DNA of 64,000 nt, taken from IMG/VR virus record IMGVR_UViG_3300028629_000006. One strand, written 5' to 3'. The notes below the pieces were generated by a model. It was not told where the DNA came from. It did not search any database and saw only the letters and a list, made by a program, of their open reading frames with translations. Of this stretch, positions 25,108-33,963 are shown piece after piece; the first letter of the stretch is position 1; every line of letters starts with the position of its first letter. This stretch comes from an uncultured virus (IMG/VR IMGVR_UViG_3300028629_000006) (lineage: Duplodnaviria; Heunggongvirae; Uroviricota; Caudoviricetes). The position numbers were made by a program, and so were the translations under genes.

Positions 25108-27271
25108 GGCGGATCTTCTGGACGTACCGGACCGAAACGCCGCACTGTTCGGCCAGGTCCTTCGTGGAAAGTTCGGGGTTCTGGGCGAGTGCAGCCTGGA
25201 CGGCCGCGCGCTTGGTGTCGTCCTGCGGCAGCTCTTCCGAGGGCTGTTCGACCGTGGCGAAACCGGGGGTCTTCCGTGGGCCGATGACCCAGGGGTGGAT
25301 GAGGCCGTCCTCTTCGGCCAGATCCAGGTATCGGCCGACCTTGCGCGACGATAGCCCGGCCTGCTCGGCGTCCTCCAGGATGCGCGCCTGGCTCCTGGGC
25401 TCGGCGCGGACGAAGGCCTCGACGAAGGAATCGACAGTCCAGGATGGGCGCTCCTCGCCGCCGTCTTCGCTCTTGGCGGCCTTCCTGCCGCCCTCTTTCT
25501 TGAGGTCCACTGGGTCGAGGTCGTCGGCAGGCGTCCAGACGGGGAAGGCCCAGCGCAGGCAACGCGGCGCGACCGGCGGCCAGGATCTCACGGCTGCATC
25601 GAGGACGACCGCGTCGGTCTCCTCGTGACGGCGCAAGACCAGGTGCGTGTCCGTGGCGCGGGACTGCGCGCCGGCGCCTGCGCCCACGTCGGTCAGATCC
25701 TTGAGCGACTGGTTGCCCTTGGACGTGTGGTGGATGAGCACGAAGCAGCACTTCAGGTAGTTTGCGAAGGCATCCAGGTAGTTGTAGAGGCCGGCCATCG
25801 TGCCGTTGTCGTTCTCGTCGGCCCGCATGGGCAGGAAACGGTAGAAGGCGTCGAGGATGACCACCTTGAACCGCCCGGGCGGGAACTTCCTGAAGTACGG
25901 GCCCAGGTTGTAGAGGTCCTGCAGCCGGCCGCGGAGGTTCTCGACGAAGATGCGGTCGGCGATGTCCTCGAAGTCGATCCCGCGTGCGGCGGCGACCTTG
26001 GGGAGACGGTTGGCGCTGGTCTCGCCGTGCAGCTCGTTGTCGAGTATGAGCACCTCGCCGGGTACGCACTGCATGCCGAGCCAAGTGCGCCCCGTCGCAA
26101 CAGAGAGTGCCAAGTCGATGACCAGCCAACTCTTCCCAATCTTGGGGGCGGAGATCACGTTCATCGTCTCGCCTTCGCGCAGGAGCCCCTCGATAACAGG
26201 GGCGCGGAGGGCGGGGTAGGCCTGGACGATCTGCCGGAGGCTCTTGGGGCCGTCCGAGGGCGTTACGATAAGCCCAGAGAGGTCTACGTTGGCGGCCTGG
26301 CGCTCCTCGGCGCTGGCGCGCGCCTCGCCGATGGTCTTGGCGATGTAGTCCGGCCGGAGCGCCTTCTCGGGCTTTTGGCCGTGCTTGCGCCGCGCCGCGG
26401 AGATCAGGTCGGCGATCTCCTGGTCGGTCCAGCCGTTCAATGCCGCGATGTCGGCGAGGCTCAGGTCGTAGGCGCTCTGCGACTGGTCGGCCAGGTCCGG
26501 CCGCTGGCGGTTCCACGCCTGGGCGAAGGACGGGCATGCCTGGATGAGCGCCGCGAACTTGTCGGCCGGCGGCTCCGCGTCGGCGCGCAGGACGAGGCCC
26601 CCGGCGTCGATTCGCTCGTCGTCCAAGGACACGTCCTCGGCCATGAACGGCTCGAAGTCGCAGGGGTTGTAGCGGCGCTCGGGGTGGTCCTCGATCATGC
26701 GGACCTCGACAGGCGTCTCGCCCTTCCGGTTGAACGTGCCCGGCGGGCGCATGATGCGCGCCAGGTCGCCCACCGAGTCGACCTCAAATCCCAGGGACTG
26801 CGCCGCGCCGCGGACCGTCTCGATCCAGCCCTTGGCGACCTTCGCCGCCTGCAGGCGCTCCTCGTCGGTGTCGAAAGTCCACGGTTCCTTGAAGACCCAC
26901 CAGGGCTGGAGCCCGTGGCCAGAGTCGACGATCAGGCTCGGAGGGAAGGGCAGCTTCTCGATGATCGCTCGGGCTTCCTCGATGGTGCGCGGCAGTGGCT
27001 TGTGCGGCCGCCAGGGGGCGGTGAGGTCGATGTCAGCCCACAGGCCCCCAACGGCCACAACGTCCTTGGCACAGTTGCGCTTGCCGAAGTTCGCGCCGGC
27101 CAGGCCCGCGCCGAAGTAGACCTCCTTCTGCTGGGCCTCCTTGGCGGCGTGCAGCGCCGCCGCCTTCATGGACGCGAAGTGGCGCGTTCGCCGGTCCGGC
27201 AGGGTGAAGACCGACACGCGGCGGGCCTCGCTCACCGCCTCGCCGAACAGCGCGCCCAGAAACGCTTCCAT
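25088..27271 (-). CDS. Primase (RepB-like AEP)-AAA_25 helicase fusion with C-terminal HTH
   Basis: LWADID, VDSGHGLQPWW, RIMRPPGTFN; Walker A SAPKIGKS, VILDAFYRF, LIHHTSKG. Confidence 0.88.
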   Translation of the reverse strand: MEAFLGALFGEAVSEARRVSVFTLPDRRTRHFASMKAAALHAAKEAQQKEVYFGAGLAGANFGKRNCAKDVVAVGGLWADIDLTAPWRPHKPLPRTIEEARAIIEKLPFPPSLIVDSGHGLQPWWVFKEPWTFDTDEERLQAAKVAKGWIETVRGAAQSLGFEVDSVGDLARIMRPPGTFNRKGETPVEVRMIEDHPERRYNPCDFEPFMAEDVSLDDERIDAGGLVLRADAEPPADKFAALIQACPSFAQAWNRQRPDLADQSQSAYDLSLADIAALNGWTDQEIADLISAARRKHGQKPEKALRPDYIAKTIGEARASAEERQAANVDLSGLIVTPSDGPKSLRQIVQAYPALRAPVIEGLLREGETMNVISAPKIGKSWLVIDLALSVATGRTWLGMQCVPGEVLILDNELHGETSANRLPKVAAARGIDFEDIADRIFVENLRGRLQDLYNLGPYFRKFPPGRFKVVILDAFYRFLPMRADENDNGTMAGLYNYLDAFANYLKCCFVLIHHTSKGNQSLKDLTDVGAGAGAQSRATDTHLVLRRHEETDAVVLDAAVRSWPPVAPRCLRWAFPVWTPADDLDPVDLKKEGGRKAAKSEDGGEERPSWTVDSFVEAFVRAEPRSQARILEDAEQAGLSSRKVGRYLDLAEEDGLIHPWVIGPRKTPGFATVEQPSEELPQDDTKRAAVQAALAQNPELSTKDLAEQCGVSVRYVQKIRRELEAN

Positions 27272-27279
27272 GCGCAGCC

Positions 27280-29094
27280 TCAGAAGGGGATTTCTTCTTG
27301 CTCATCCACGACAGGGGATGGAGCCGGCTCTATGGCCCCGCCGAGCTCGTGCTTTGGAACCCATCGGAGCCATCGGCCGCAGTTAGCGCACTCCTCGCGG
27401 GCCGCGTGCGGTCCGGAGCCCGGCCCGATCTGACGCTCGGTCCAGCCGCAGCCCGGGCAGGCGTCGTCGGTCACCGCGGCCGGCGGCTTTCCGCCCAAGT
27501 CGTAGGCGACGATGCGGTCGAACTGCTCGCCGGCCACGCTCTTGACGGTGATGGATTTGGCTTCGGCGAGGGCACCGGCCTGTGCGAGCGCCACGGCTTC
27601 CTCGGCGGTCTCCGGGACGGGCGCGGCGGAGCGCCGGGTCCACCAGAGTTCGGCCTTGTGCCGGGCATAGCCGGTGTGCTCAAAGCAGACCCACTCGGAC
27701 TGCCGGCGGCTGAAGCCGATCCGGTAGTCGACGCGCATGGTCCTCGGAGCGTCCGGCGGTGCGCCGCGCTTGTAGTGGACGGCGTAGAGCGTCTCCTCGA
27801 CCGGGTACGCGGTGACCGTGACCTGGTCGGAGAGGATGCCCTCGGCGCTCGCCGATGCGGCGTGCTTCGCCTGGCGCTCCTGCTCGAGCTTGAAGAACTC
27901 GTAACCGCAGTCCGGGCAGACCGAGTAGCCCGAGGAGATCAGCGAGTGGCACTGCGGGCATTCCTTGGCCGGGGCCTGGCCGGACGGCTTGCCGTCCTCG
28001 ATCCGGATCGCGTCCACCGGTCCGTGGCGCAGAACGTTCCCGCCGTAATCGAGGACCAGACAGTCCTTCTTGCCTTCGCAGAGCCGGAAACCTCTCCCGA
28101 CCATCTGGTAATAGAGTCCGGGCGATAGCGTCGGCCGGAGCATGGCAACGCAGTCGATGTTCGGAGCGTCGAAGCCGGTCGTTAAAACGTTGACGTTCAC
28201 GAGATACTTGAGCCGTCCGGCCTTGAAGTCCTGGAGCACGCGGTCCCGCTCGAAGTCGAGCGTCTCGCCGAAGACGGTGTCCACCTGCGCGCCGAGGCCA
28301 CGCAATGCCTCGGCCACGTGCGTGCCGTGCCGGACTCCGCTCGTGAAGATCAGGCACGCCTTGCGGTCGCGGGTGTAGCCGAGGATCTCCCGGCAGGCCG
28401 ACTCCACGAGCCGGGCCTCGTCCATGAGGTTCTCGACCTCCGATGCGATGTACTCGCCGGCGCGCACGTGCAGGTTTGCCGTATCGGGCTTCTCCAGGCC
28501 GGCTTTGGAGACCAGCGGGCAGATGTAGCCCTGCACGATCAATTCGCGCACGCCGACCTCGTAACAGACGGCGTTGAGAATGTTCTCGGGGGCGCAGATC
28601 GGCCCCGAGGTCATCCGGAAGGGCGTCGCGGTCAGGCCTATGACTCGGAGTTTCGGATTGACTTCTCTGAGCCCCGAGAGCAGTGTGCGGTACATTCCAT
28701 CGCCATCGGGCGGGATGCAATGCGCCTCGTCTATGATGGCGAGATCGAAATGGCCGAGTTCCGCCGCGCGCTTGTAGACCGACTGCACGCCGGCGACGAT
28801 GATCGGGTGATCGGTGTCCCGGCTTTTGAGCCCCGCCGAGTAGACGCCGACCTGATGCCACATCTCCGGCGCGACTTGGTTCAGCTTGTCGACCGCCTGC
28901 TCGAGTAGCTCCTTAACGTGCGCCACGATCAGCACGCGGCCCTGCCACTGGCCAACCGCGTCGCGGCAGACCGTGGCCATGACCGGGGTCTTGCCCCCGG
29001 CGGTGGGGATCACCACGCAGGGGTTGTCCTCCCGTGTGCGGAGGTGATCGTAGATGGCCGCGACGGCCTCTTCCTGGTACGGTCGCAGTTTCAA
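27280..29094 (-). CDS. DEAD/DEAH (RadD/YejH-like) helicase with Zn fingers
   Basis: LRPYQ, PTAGGKT, DEAH, LTTGFDAP, QMVGRG and CPQC..CPDC. Confidence 0.92.
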   Translation of the reverse strand: MKLRPYQEEAVAAIYDHLRTREDNPCVVIPTAGGKTPVMATVCRDAVGQWQGRVLIVAHVKELLEQAVDKLNQVAPEMWHQVGVYSAGLKSRDTDHPIIVAGVQSVYKRAAELGHFDLAIIDEAHCIPPDGDGMYRTLLSGLREVNPKLRVIGLTATPFRMTSGPICAPENILNAVCYEVGVRELIVQGYICPLVSKAGLEKPDTANLHVRAGEYIASEVENLMDEARLVESACREILGYTRDRKACLIFTSGVRHGTHVAEALRGLGAQVDTVFGETLDFERDRVLQDFKAGRLKYLVNVNVLTTGFDAPNIDCVAMLRPTLSPGLYYQMVGRGFRLCEGKKDCLVLDYGGNVLRHGPVDAIRIEDGKPSGQAPAKECPQCHSLISSGYSVCPDCGYEFFKLEQERQAKHAASASAEGILSDQVTVTAYPVEETLYAVHYKRGAPPDAPRTMRVDYRIGFSRRQSEWVCFEHTGYARHKAELWWTRRSAAPVPETAEEAVALAQAGALAEAKSITVKSVAGEQFDRIVAYDLGGKPPAAVTDDACPGCGWTERQIGPGSGPHAAREECANCGRWLRWVPKHELGGAIEPAPSPVVDEQEEIPF

Positions 29095-29267
29095 AGCAAA
29101 ATCCGTCCTTGTCGGTTGCGCCAGACGGCCAGCAGTCCCGCGTTCTGGATGGGGCGGGTCGAGGCCAGGAGCGCCTTCACGAACCGGAGCAATGGGTCGC
29201 GCACCAAGCGGAAGGTGCGTTGGTAGAAGATGTGGAACGCCCAAAGCCGGAAGCGGCCCTCTTCCAT
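29091..29267 (-). CDS. Small hypothetical protein
   Basis: FRLWAFHIFY..F...D.LLRFVKAL is conserved in the prophage 2 paralog (~55964-56212). Confidence 0.6.
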   Translation of the reverse strand: MEEGRFRLWAFHIFYQRTFRLVRDPLLRFVKALLASTRPIQNAGLLAVWRNRQGRILL

Positions 29268-29268
29268 G

Positions 29269-29739
29269 TCAGCCCGCGCGCCTCCGGCCGTACTCGGCGA
29301 TGAGCGCCGCGTCCACGAGGCCAGAGTGCGGCTTCCTGGCCTTGTCCGAAGACCTCCATTCCGCACTGGGCCATAACCGGCTGGCGACCAGGTACTCCGA
29401 GCCCTTGGGCTGGCCGGCGAGCATCGCGCCCTGCCACTCCTGCGGCCGGACGAGTTCATAGCGGATGCTCATCCCGGCGCAGATCCCGCGCACCAGACCC
29501 CATCCCGCGCCGAAGGAGAACATGGCGACCACGCCCTGCCTGGGGCGCGCCCCGACGGCCTCGATGAAGACCCGAGGCTGCCGGCCGGCGAACGGCAGCA
29601 GCCACTCGACAATGGCCTGCTCGTCCAGCTGCCGGCGGGCCCCCACGGCGACCGCCGGCATGGCCTGGAGGATCAGGCCGTCCGGGGTGATGGCGGCCAA
29701 GCCGCCATCAAGCCCCGGATCGATCCCAATGCTGACCAT
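29269..29739 (-). CDS. Phage RuvC-like Holliday junction resolvase
   Basis: IGIDPGLDGGLA, VFIE, FSFG, VRPQEW and DAALIA. Confidence 0.85.
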   Translation of the reverse strand: MVSIGIDPGLDGGLAAITPDGLILQAMPAVAVGARRQLDEQAIVEWLLPFAGRQPRVFIEAVGARPRQGVVAMFSFGAGWGLVRGICAGMSIRYELVRPQEWQGAMLAGQPKGSEYLVASRLWPSAEWRSSDKARKPHSGLVDAALIAEYGRRRAG

Positions 29740-30191
29740 CAACGCCGCCACGGCATGGCGTTGCCGGCGTTCTGGGCGGGCTTCGCGCCGCCCGCGGTCT
29801 CCCGCTTGGCGTAGCCCTTCACCTCGTTGCGCACCTCGCCGTCCCGGTCGGTCTTCTGCTTCACGCTGATGACCAGCGGCAGGTTGTGCAGCTCGCAGGA
29901 GTCCTTCGGCTCCATCACGCCAACCGCCCGACACAGGGACGAGAGCTCGCCGCGGGCGATCTTGACGGCCACCGCGTTGGGGTTGTCGAGGTTGAGCCGC
30001 GTCCACACCTTGCGGCCCTTGTGCTCGCCCTCGACGACCTCGAAGGTCAGCTCCAGGAACGAGCCGTTGCCGCTCTTCGTGGGCCTCATCTCCGAGGCCG
30101 TGACCACCGCCGCGTACTTGCCCGGCGGGATGGGCTCGTACTCGGTCGCCGGTTCCACCTGGTTCGCGTTGAAGCCGTTCAGGTTACTCAT
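29739..30191 (-). CDS. DUF669 family ssDNA-binding protein
   Basis: PIPPGKY.AVV, LELTFEV..GEHKGRKVW, NEVKGY and PW tail. Confidence 0.85.
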   Translation of the reverse strand: MSNLNGFNANQVEPATEYEPIPPGKYAAVVTASEMRPTKSGNGSFLELTFEVVEGEHKGRKVWTRLNLDNPNAVAVKIARGELSSLCRAVGVMEPKDSCELHNLPLVISVKQKTDRDGEVRNEVKGYAKRETAGGAKPAQNAGNAMPWRR

Positions 30192-30972
30192 GGGCCTGGT
30201 CCTCCTTCTCCTGGGTTCCCTGGGTCAGCCCGTCCATCAGGGCGGGCCATGAAAGCGGCAGTTCGGCCGGCAGGCAGTACCGGTTCTTGGCGACGCAGGC
30301 GGGGCTCCCTGCGCAGCGCAGGATGCGCTCGCCGCCCTCGGCGCCCACGCCCACCGCGATGGTCCGGGTGCGGCCGAAGCCCGTGTCTTCGGTCTCGGTG
30401 CGGTACTTCCGCGTGGCAAAGAGGACCGCGTCCGACCACTCGGTCAGCAGCGCGCAGGCATGCTTGTTGAGCCTGGGCGAATATCTGTCGTAGGTCGTAG
30501 CCTCGGGGTCCTCGAACTTCTCGACCTTCGAGTGCGCGATCAGGATGACGGCCATGCCCTTGCCGGCGCGCAGGGCACCGAGGGCGTCCACGACCTTCCG
30601 CCAGTGGGTGAGTGCGTGGACGTACCCGCGCTGGTAGCCGCCGTCGGCTTTCTCGATGCAGGTCGCCCGGAACTCGCGGCAAACCGCGTCGAAGATCAGG
30701 CGCTCGGTCCAGTCCAGGCTGTCGAGCACCACCGTCTGGTAGTCGTGCTGCGCCCGGGCGAGTTCGTCGAGCGCCGCGAGCACGTCCTCGACGCTCGTCG
30801 CCAGCGGGAACTTGTCGCAGACGATCTCGCCCAGGCCGTCTTCGGTCTGGATGAAGACCGGCTTCGGCGCGTTCGCCGCCAGCGTGCTTTTCCCGATGCC
30901 TTCCGTGCCGTAGACCATCAGCCGCGGCGGCATCGGCATCTTGCCGCGCTGGATGGCTTCCATCAGACTCAT
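30184..30972 (-). CDS. Sak4-like AAA_24 ATPase (recombinase)
   Basis: YGTEGIGKST, TVVLDSLDW, ILIAH and AKNRY. Confidence 0.88.
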   Translation of the reverse strand: MSLMEAIQRGKMPMPPRLMVYGTEGIGKSTLAANAPKPVFIQTEDGLGEIVCDKFPLATSVEDVLAALDELARAQHDYQTVVLDSLDWTERLIFDAVCREFRATCIEKADGGYQRGYVHALTHWRKVVDALGALRAGKGMAVILIAHSKVEKFEDPEATTYDRYSPRLNKHACALLTEWSDAVLFATRKYRTETEDTGFGRTRTIAVGVGAEGGERILRCAGSPACVAKNRYCLPAELPLSWPALMDGLTQGTQEKEDQAHE

Positions 30973-30998
30973 GAATCGGACCTCCTTCTTGCAGGAGA

Positions 30999-31071
30999 GG
31001 CGGGCGGACGAGCATGGGGAGTCTGAGCCGGGTGGCCCGAGGCCCGGCTACGCCGTCCCGTCCGCGCCGCC
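30999..31071 (-). ncRNA. Candidate structured RNA between the exonuclease and Sak4 genes
   Basis: Nested stems; structure and GGGAYGGCGT/GACTCCC are conserved at 54285-54348 with different stem sequences. Confidence 0.45.
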
Positions 31072-31074
31072 AAC

Positions 31075-31878
31075 TCACACGTAGTCGAAGACACGGCGCT
31101 CCTCGTATCCGGTGGGCCAAGCGCCGGAGAGTTCGCAGGACTTGAGCCGCTCGATGGCGGCCTCGTTCTCGCGCCGCGCGTGGGCCAGAACCTTCGCGTC
31201 CAGCACCCACAGGCCGCAGCGATAGGGCTCCTTCTTCTCGACTGCGATGATGTGGACCGGGATCTCGGCCAAGTTCCCGAGGACGCGCCCGAGCATGGCC
31301 TGGTAGAAGGCCATCTGATGCGCGTAGTGGAAGCGCCGAGCGTCGGCCTCGAACCAGTCCAGGTCGTCGCAGGTTTTCAAGTCGACGAGACCGCGTTCGG
31401 GGTTGTAGAAGTCGAGCTTGGCCTGGGCTGGGAGGCCGCAGTATTCGGCGCGGATCACGCCCTCTGCCACGCCGTCGGCCAGGAGCTCGACGGCGACCGG
31501 GTGGGCGTCCACGCTCGCTGCCAGGTTGAGGATTAGCGCATGCTGTTCGTCGGTGATGACCGCCTTGTCCTGGGCGGCGGCCCACTCAGCGTAGGCCTTC
31601 GTCTGCGGGCCGTAGGGCTTGCCGGTCTTCTCGTTTATGGGCCCGCCGACGGCGTAGGCAGCCTCGAACGCCTCGGCGCCCTCGAGGATGAGTGCGTGTG
31701 CCGCGCGCCCCACCAGGTAGGCTGGCCTGTCCTCGTCTGGGGCCAGCCCCTGCTTCTTGCGCCAGTAGAGCAGGGGGCTCTTGCGGAAGTCCGCGAGGGT
31801 GTGCGATGTCAGATGGGCTTTGGCCTTCTCGCGGTATTCGGCGTCGGTCTCGCGGATCAGGAAGTCGAGCCCTGGCAT
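31075..31878 (-). CDS. PD-(D/E)XK exonuclease (DUF3799/RecE-like)
   Basis: GRAAHALILEG, KLD, VDLKT, YAHQMAFY and AVEK.EPY. Confidence 0.88.
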   Translation of the reverse strand: MPGLDFLIRETDAEYREKAKAHLTSHTLADFRKSPLLYWRKKQGLAPDEDRPAYLVGRAAHALILEGAEAFEAAYAVGGPINEKTGKPYGPQTKAYAEWAAAQDKAVITDEQHALILNLAASVDAHPVAVELLADGVAEGVIRAEYCGLPAQAKLDFYNPERGLVDLKTCDDLDWFEADARRFHYAHQMAFYQAMLGRVLGNLAEIPVHIIAVEKKEPYRCGLWVLDAKVLAHARRENEAAIERLKSCELSGAWPTGYEERRVFDYV

Positions 31879-32171
31879 CACTCGCCCCCCTTCGCGGGGA
31901 ACCAGGTGATGCTCATGCGTCCCGTGACGGCGCACACCCGCGCCTCGCCGTTCACGACCAGGCCGGCGTCGCGCAGCTCCGGCAGCCGCCTGGACGGCGC
32001 ATGCCGTTCCAGGCCGGTCGCCACGGCGATCTCCGCGGCGGTCTTGCCGGGCTTCGTCAGCACTTCCGCCAGGCAGACTTCGCGCTGGACTCCGGCGCGC
32101 CCGCTGGCTTCCGCCTCGCGCGCCGCTTCGTGGGACGTGAAGGGATCGGTGTTTCTCGCTCGGGCCGCCAT
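31878..32171 (-). CDS. Winged HTH protein
   Basis: ARNTDPFTSHEAA; TAAEIA...SRRLPELRDAGLV. Confidence 0.8.
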   Translation of the reverse strand: MAARARNTDPFTSHEAAREAEASGRAGVQREVCLAEVLTKPGKTAAEIAVATGLERHAPSRRLPELRDAGLVVNGEARVCAVTGRMSITWFPAKGGE

Positions 32172-32174
32172 AGA

Positions 32175-32369
32175 TCAGTTCCTTTCCGGGTCGGGCGTGG
32201 GGGCCGGCGTTGCGGAGGCCCCCTGCTCGGGTTTCGGTGCCAGCTCGATCTTGCGGGTCTTGACGAAGGCCACGACCATGTCGGCGATGGCGTCGACCAG
32301 GTCGGCCGTCTCCTGCTCGGTGAGCTGCCGGTAGTGGCGCGCGATCTCGAAGGTGATCGGCTGTCTCAT
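32175..32369 (-). CDS. Hypothetical protein
   Basis: ATGA-coupled small ORF in the middle operon. Confidence 0.6.
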   Translation of the reverse strand: MRQPITFEIARHYRQLTEQETADLVDAIADMVVAFVKTRKIELAPKPEQGASATPAPTPDPERN

Positions 32370-32632
32370 GGCCGCGCCCTCCGGATGCCCAGGATGAAGT
32401 CCTCGATGGCGGGGTGCGGCTTGAGGTTGGGCGTGGTGGGCGCGGCGCTCTCGCCGGAGTCCTGCGCCTCGATGCGGCGCAGGAATCGGCCACGGACCAC
32501 GTCCAGGTTCCGCATAAGCCGCCAGACGAGGTCGTCGTCCAACCGGTGGACGGCGACCAGTCCGCCGATCACCAGCGCCTCTTCCTCGAAGAGGGCGTCG
32601 ATCAACTCGCGGGCGTCGCTCTTGCTGATCAT
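32366..32632 (-). CDS. Hypothetical protein
   Basis: ATGA overlap with the sigma-like stop; first gene after the type 1 promoter motif. Confidence 0.65.
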   Translation of the reverse strand: MISKSDARELIDALFEEEALVIGGLVAVHRLDDDLVWRLMRNLDVVRGRFLRRIEAQDSGESAAPTTPNLKPHPAIEDFILGIRRARP

Positions 32633-33474
32633 CTCTCGCCCCCTTCGCAGTCCGCGTTGACGTTCGTCTCCAGACATACAGAGGGCAGTGAGTCCGGTGG
32701 GTGGGGACAGGTCTTCCGGCGTTTTTCGGAACTCTCGAAGCGGCGAATGGCCAGTTCCGCCCGCTGGCGGCGCTTCTTGGCCAGTTGGTAGTTCAGGCCG
32801 ATCTCCTCGGCGCACTCCCGGAGGAGCCGGCCGTAGACCAACGTCCCCACGAGGAGATGGAAATCGGCCTCGGTGATCCGGCCGGCTTTCAGCTGCTCGG
32901 AGAACCGGGCAGTGCGGTGCTCGTGCTCATCGCGAAGGTCCACCTCGGCGAAGCCGGGATGCACGGTCTCGCCCGCCAGGTATTCGATGACGGACGGATC
33001 GGCGAGCATCTCGATTTCGTTCCGCCGGCGCGCCCGCTGATACTCGCGGCTCAGTCGCCAGGTCGTTGTGTTGGTGATCCCCTGGAAGAGCCGGTCGGGG
33101 CGTCTGGCGATGTCCCATTCGCAAACGGCGCGCAGGAACGCCCAGACGGTGTTCCCCCACAGCACTTCGGCGTCCTGATCCAGGCTGGACCGCCTGATGC
33201 AGGCGGCCTTCAGCCGCGACCAGAAGAGGAAGAGAAGGATCGTTCGCCATCGCGCGTCCCGATCCGCGGCGTGAGCGGCCAGTATCGGCCGCAGCACATC
33301 ATCCTTCCGCGGGTCGTCCGACGCGCCCTTCCGCATGAACACCGCGACGGACTCCCAGGAGCGGAACCTCCTGAAGGCCCTTTCGCTCGTGCGGAGCCGC
33401 TGCAGAAGCGCCCCGTACTCTGCCTGCTTGACCTCTCGACCCAGTTCCTCACGCTCGACGTCTCTCGGGCCCAC
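32629..33474 (-). CDS. Divergent sigma-70/ECF-like factor
   Basis: Region-2-like DAEVLWGNTVWAFL and region-4-like HTH (ITEADFHLL..GRLLRECAEEIGLNYQLAKKRRQRA); same operon position as the clear sigma gene of prophage 2. Confidence 0.6.
   Translation of the reverse strand: MGPRDVEREELGREVKQAEYGALLQRLRTSERAFRRFRSWESVAVFMRKGASDDPRKDDVLRPILAAHAADRDARWRTILLFLFWSRLKAACIRRSSLDQDAEVLWGNTVWAFLRAVCEWDIARRPDRLFQGITNTTTWRLSREYQRARRRNEIEMLADPSVIEYLAGETVHPGFAEVDLRDEHEHRTARFSEQLKAGRITEADFHLLVGTLVYGRLLRECAEEIGLNYQLAKKRRQRAELAIRRFESSEKRRKTCPHPPDSLPSVCLETNVNADCEGGER
32679..32711 (-). promoter_or_regulatory. Candidate middle promoter (type 1 motif)
   Basis: CCTGTCCCC-N15-TGCCCTCTG in the 3' end of the sigma-like gene, pointing into the replication operon. 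Confidence 0.7.
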
Positions 33475-33541
33475 GACACCCTGCCTTTCAGGCCGGGCGT
33501 CGTGCGCCTCACTGGGGCCAAATCAGGGCGTCGAGCGCCTC
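33472..33541 (-). promoter_or_regulatory. Translation-inhibitory hairpin plus tandem repeat (Com-target-like)
   Basis: CACGACGCCC/GGGTGTCGTG stem buries the GTG start at 33474; GAGGCGCWCGACGCCC occurs twice (33495-33510, 33526-33541). Confidence 0.6.
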
Positions 33542-33554
33542 TGGTTCAGGGGGA

Positions 33555-33761
33555 CTAGTTCCTCAGCTTGCCATCCGAGCAGGCCGAGGCGTGTTGCTCG
33601 CGCAGTTCGTTCAGTCTGTGGCAGCCGCGGCAGATGCCGGCAGCTGGCAGGCTTACACGGTACTCGTGGCTCCGCGCAAACCGGATGTGCAACCGGTCGC
33701 CTTTCAGAATGCCCATCAGCTTTCCGCACTCCTCGCACCGCCATTCGCGCTCGCTATGCAT
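33555..33761 (-). CDS. Mu Com-like zinc-ribbon regulator
   Basis: EWRCEECGKLMG...ICRGCHRLN matches the Com pattern RC..C.KLL...CPRC...N. Confidence 0.7.
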   Translation of the reverse strand: MHSEREWRCEECGKLMGILKGDRLHIRFARSHEYRVSLPAAGICRGCHRLNELREQHASACSDGKLRN

Positions 33762-33886
33762 CTCCGACTCCTTTGCACACCGACCTGGTTTCATCCGCGG
33801 CGCAATGCCGCAGATCACGCCTGCATTTTTCGCGCGGGGAGAGCGGTGCGGAATGACGGGATGCTGACGAGCGCCTTACTGACAAC

Positions 33887-33910
33887 AAAGCCGCCCCGGA
33901 GGGCGGCTTT
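33887..33910 (-). terminator. Intrinsic terminator candidate after the helicase gene
   Basis: AAAGCCGCCC-4 nt-GGGCGGCTTT stem followed by a T-rich tract on the minus strand. Confidence 0.6.
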
Positions 33911-33937
33911 GTCAGGGTCTTGTCAGGGTGATGTCAG
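33910..33937. repeat. TGTCAG x3 direct repeats with 11-bp period (plus inverted CTGAC copies at 33864 and 33879)
   Basis: Copies at 33910, 33921 and 33932. Confidence 0.75.
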
Positions 33938-33963
33938 AGCTGCAAGACGCCCAATAGGGCGGC

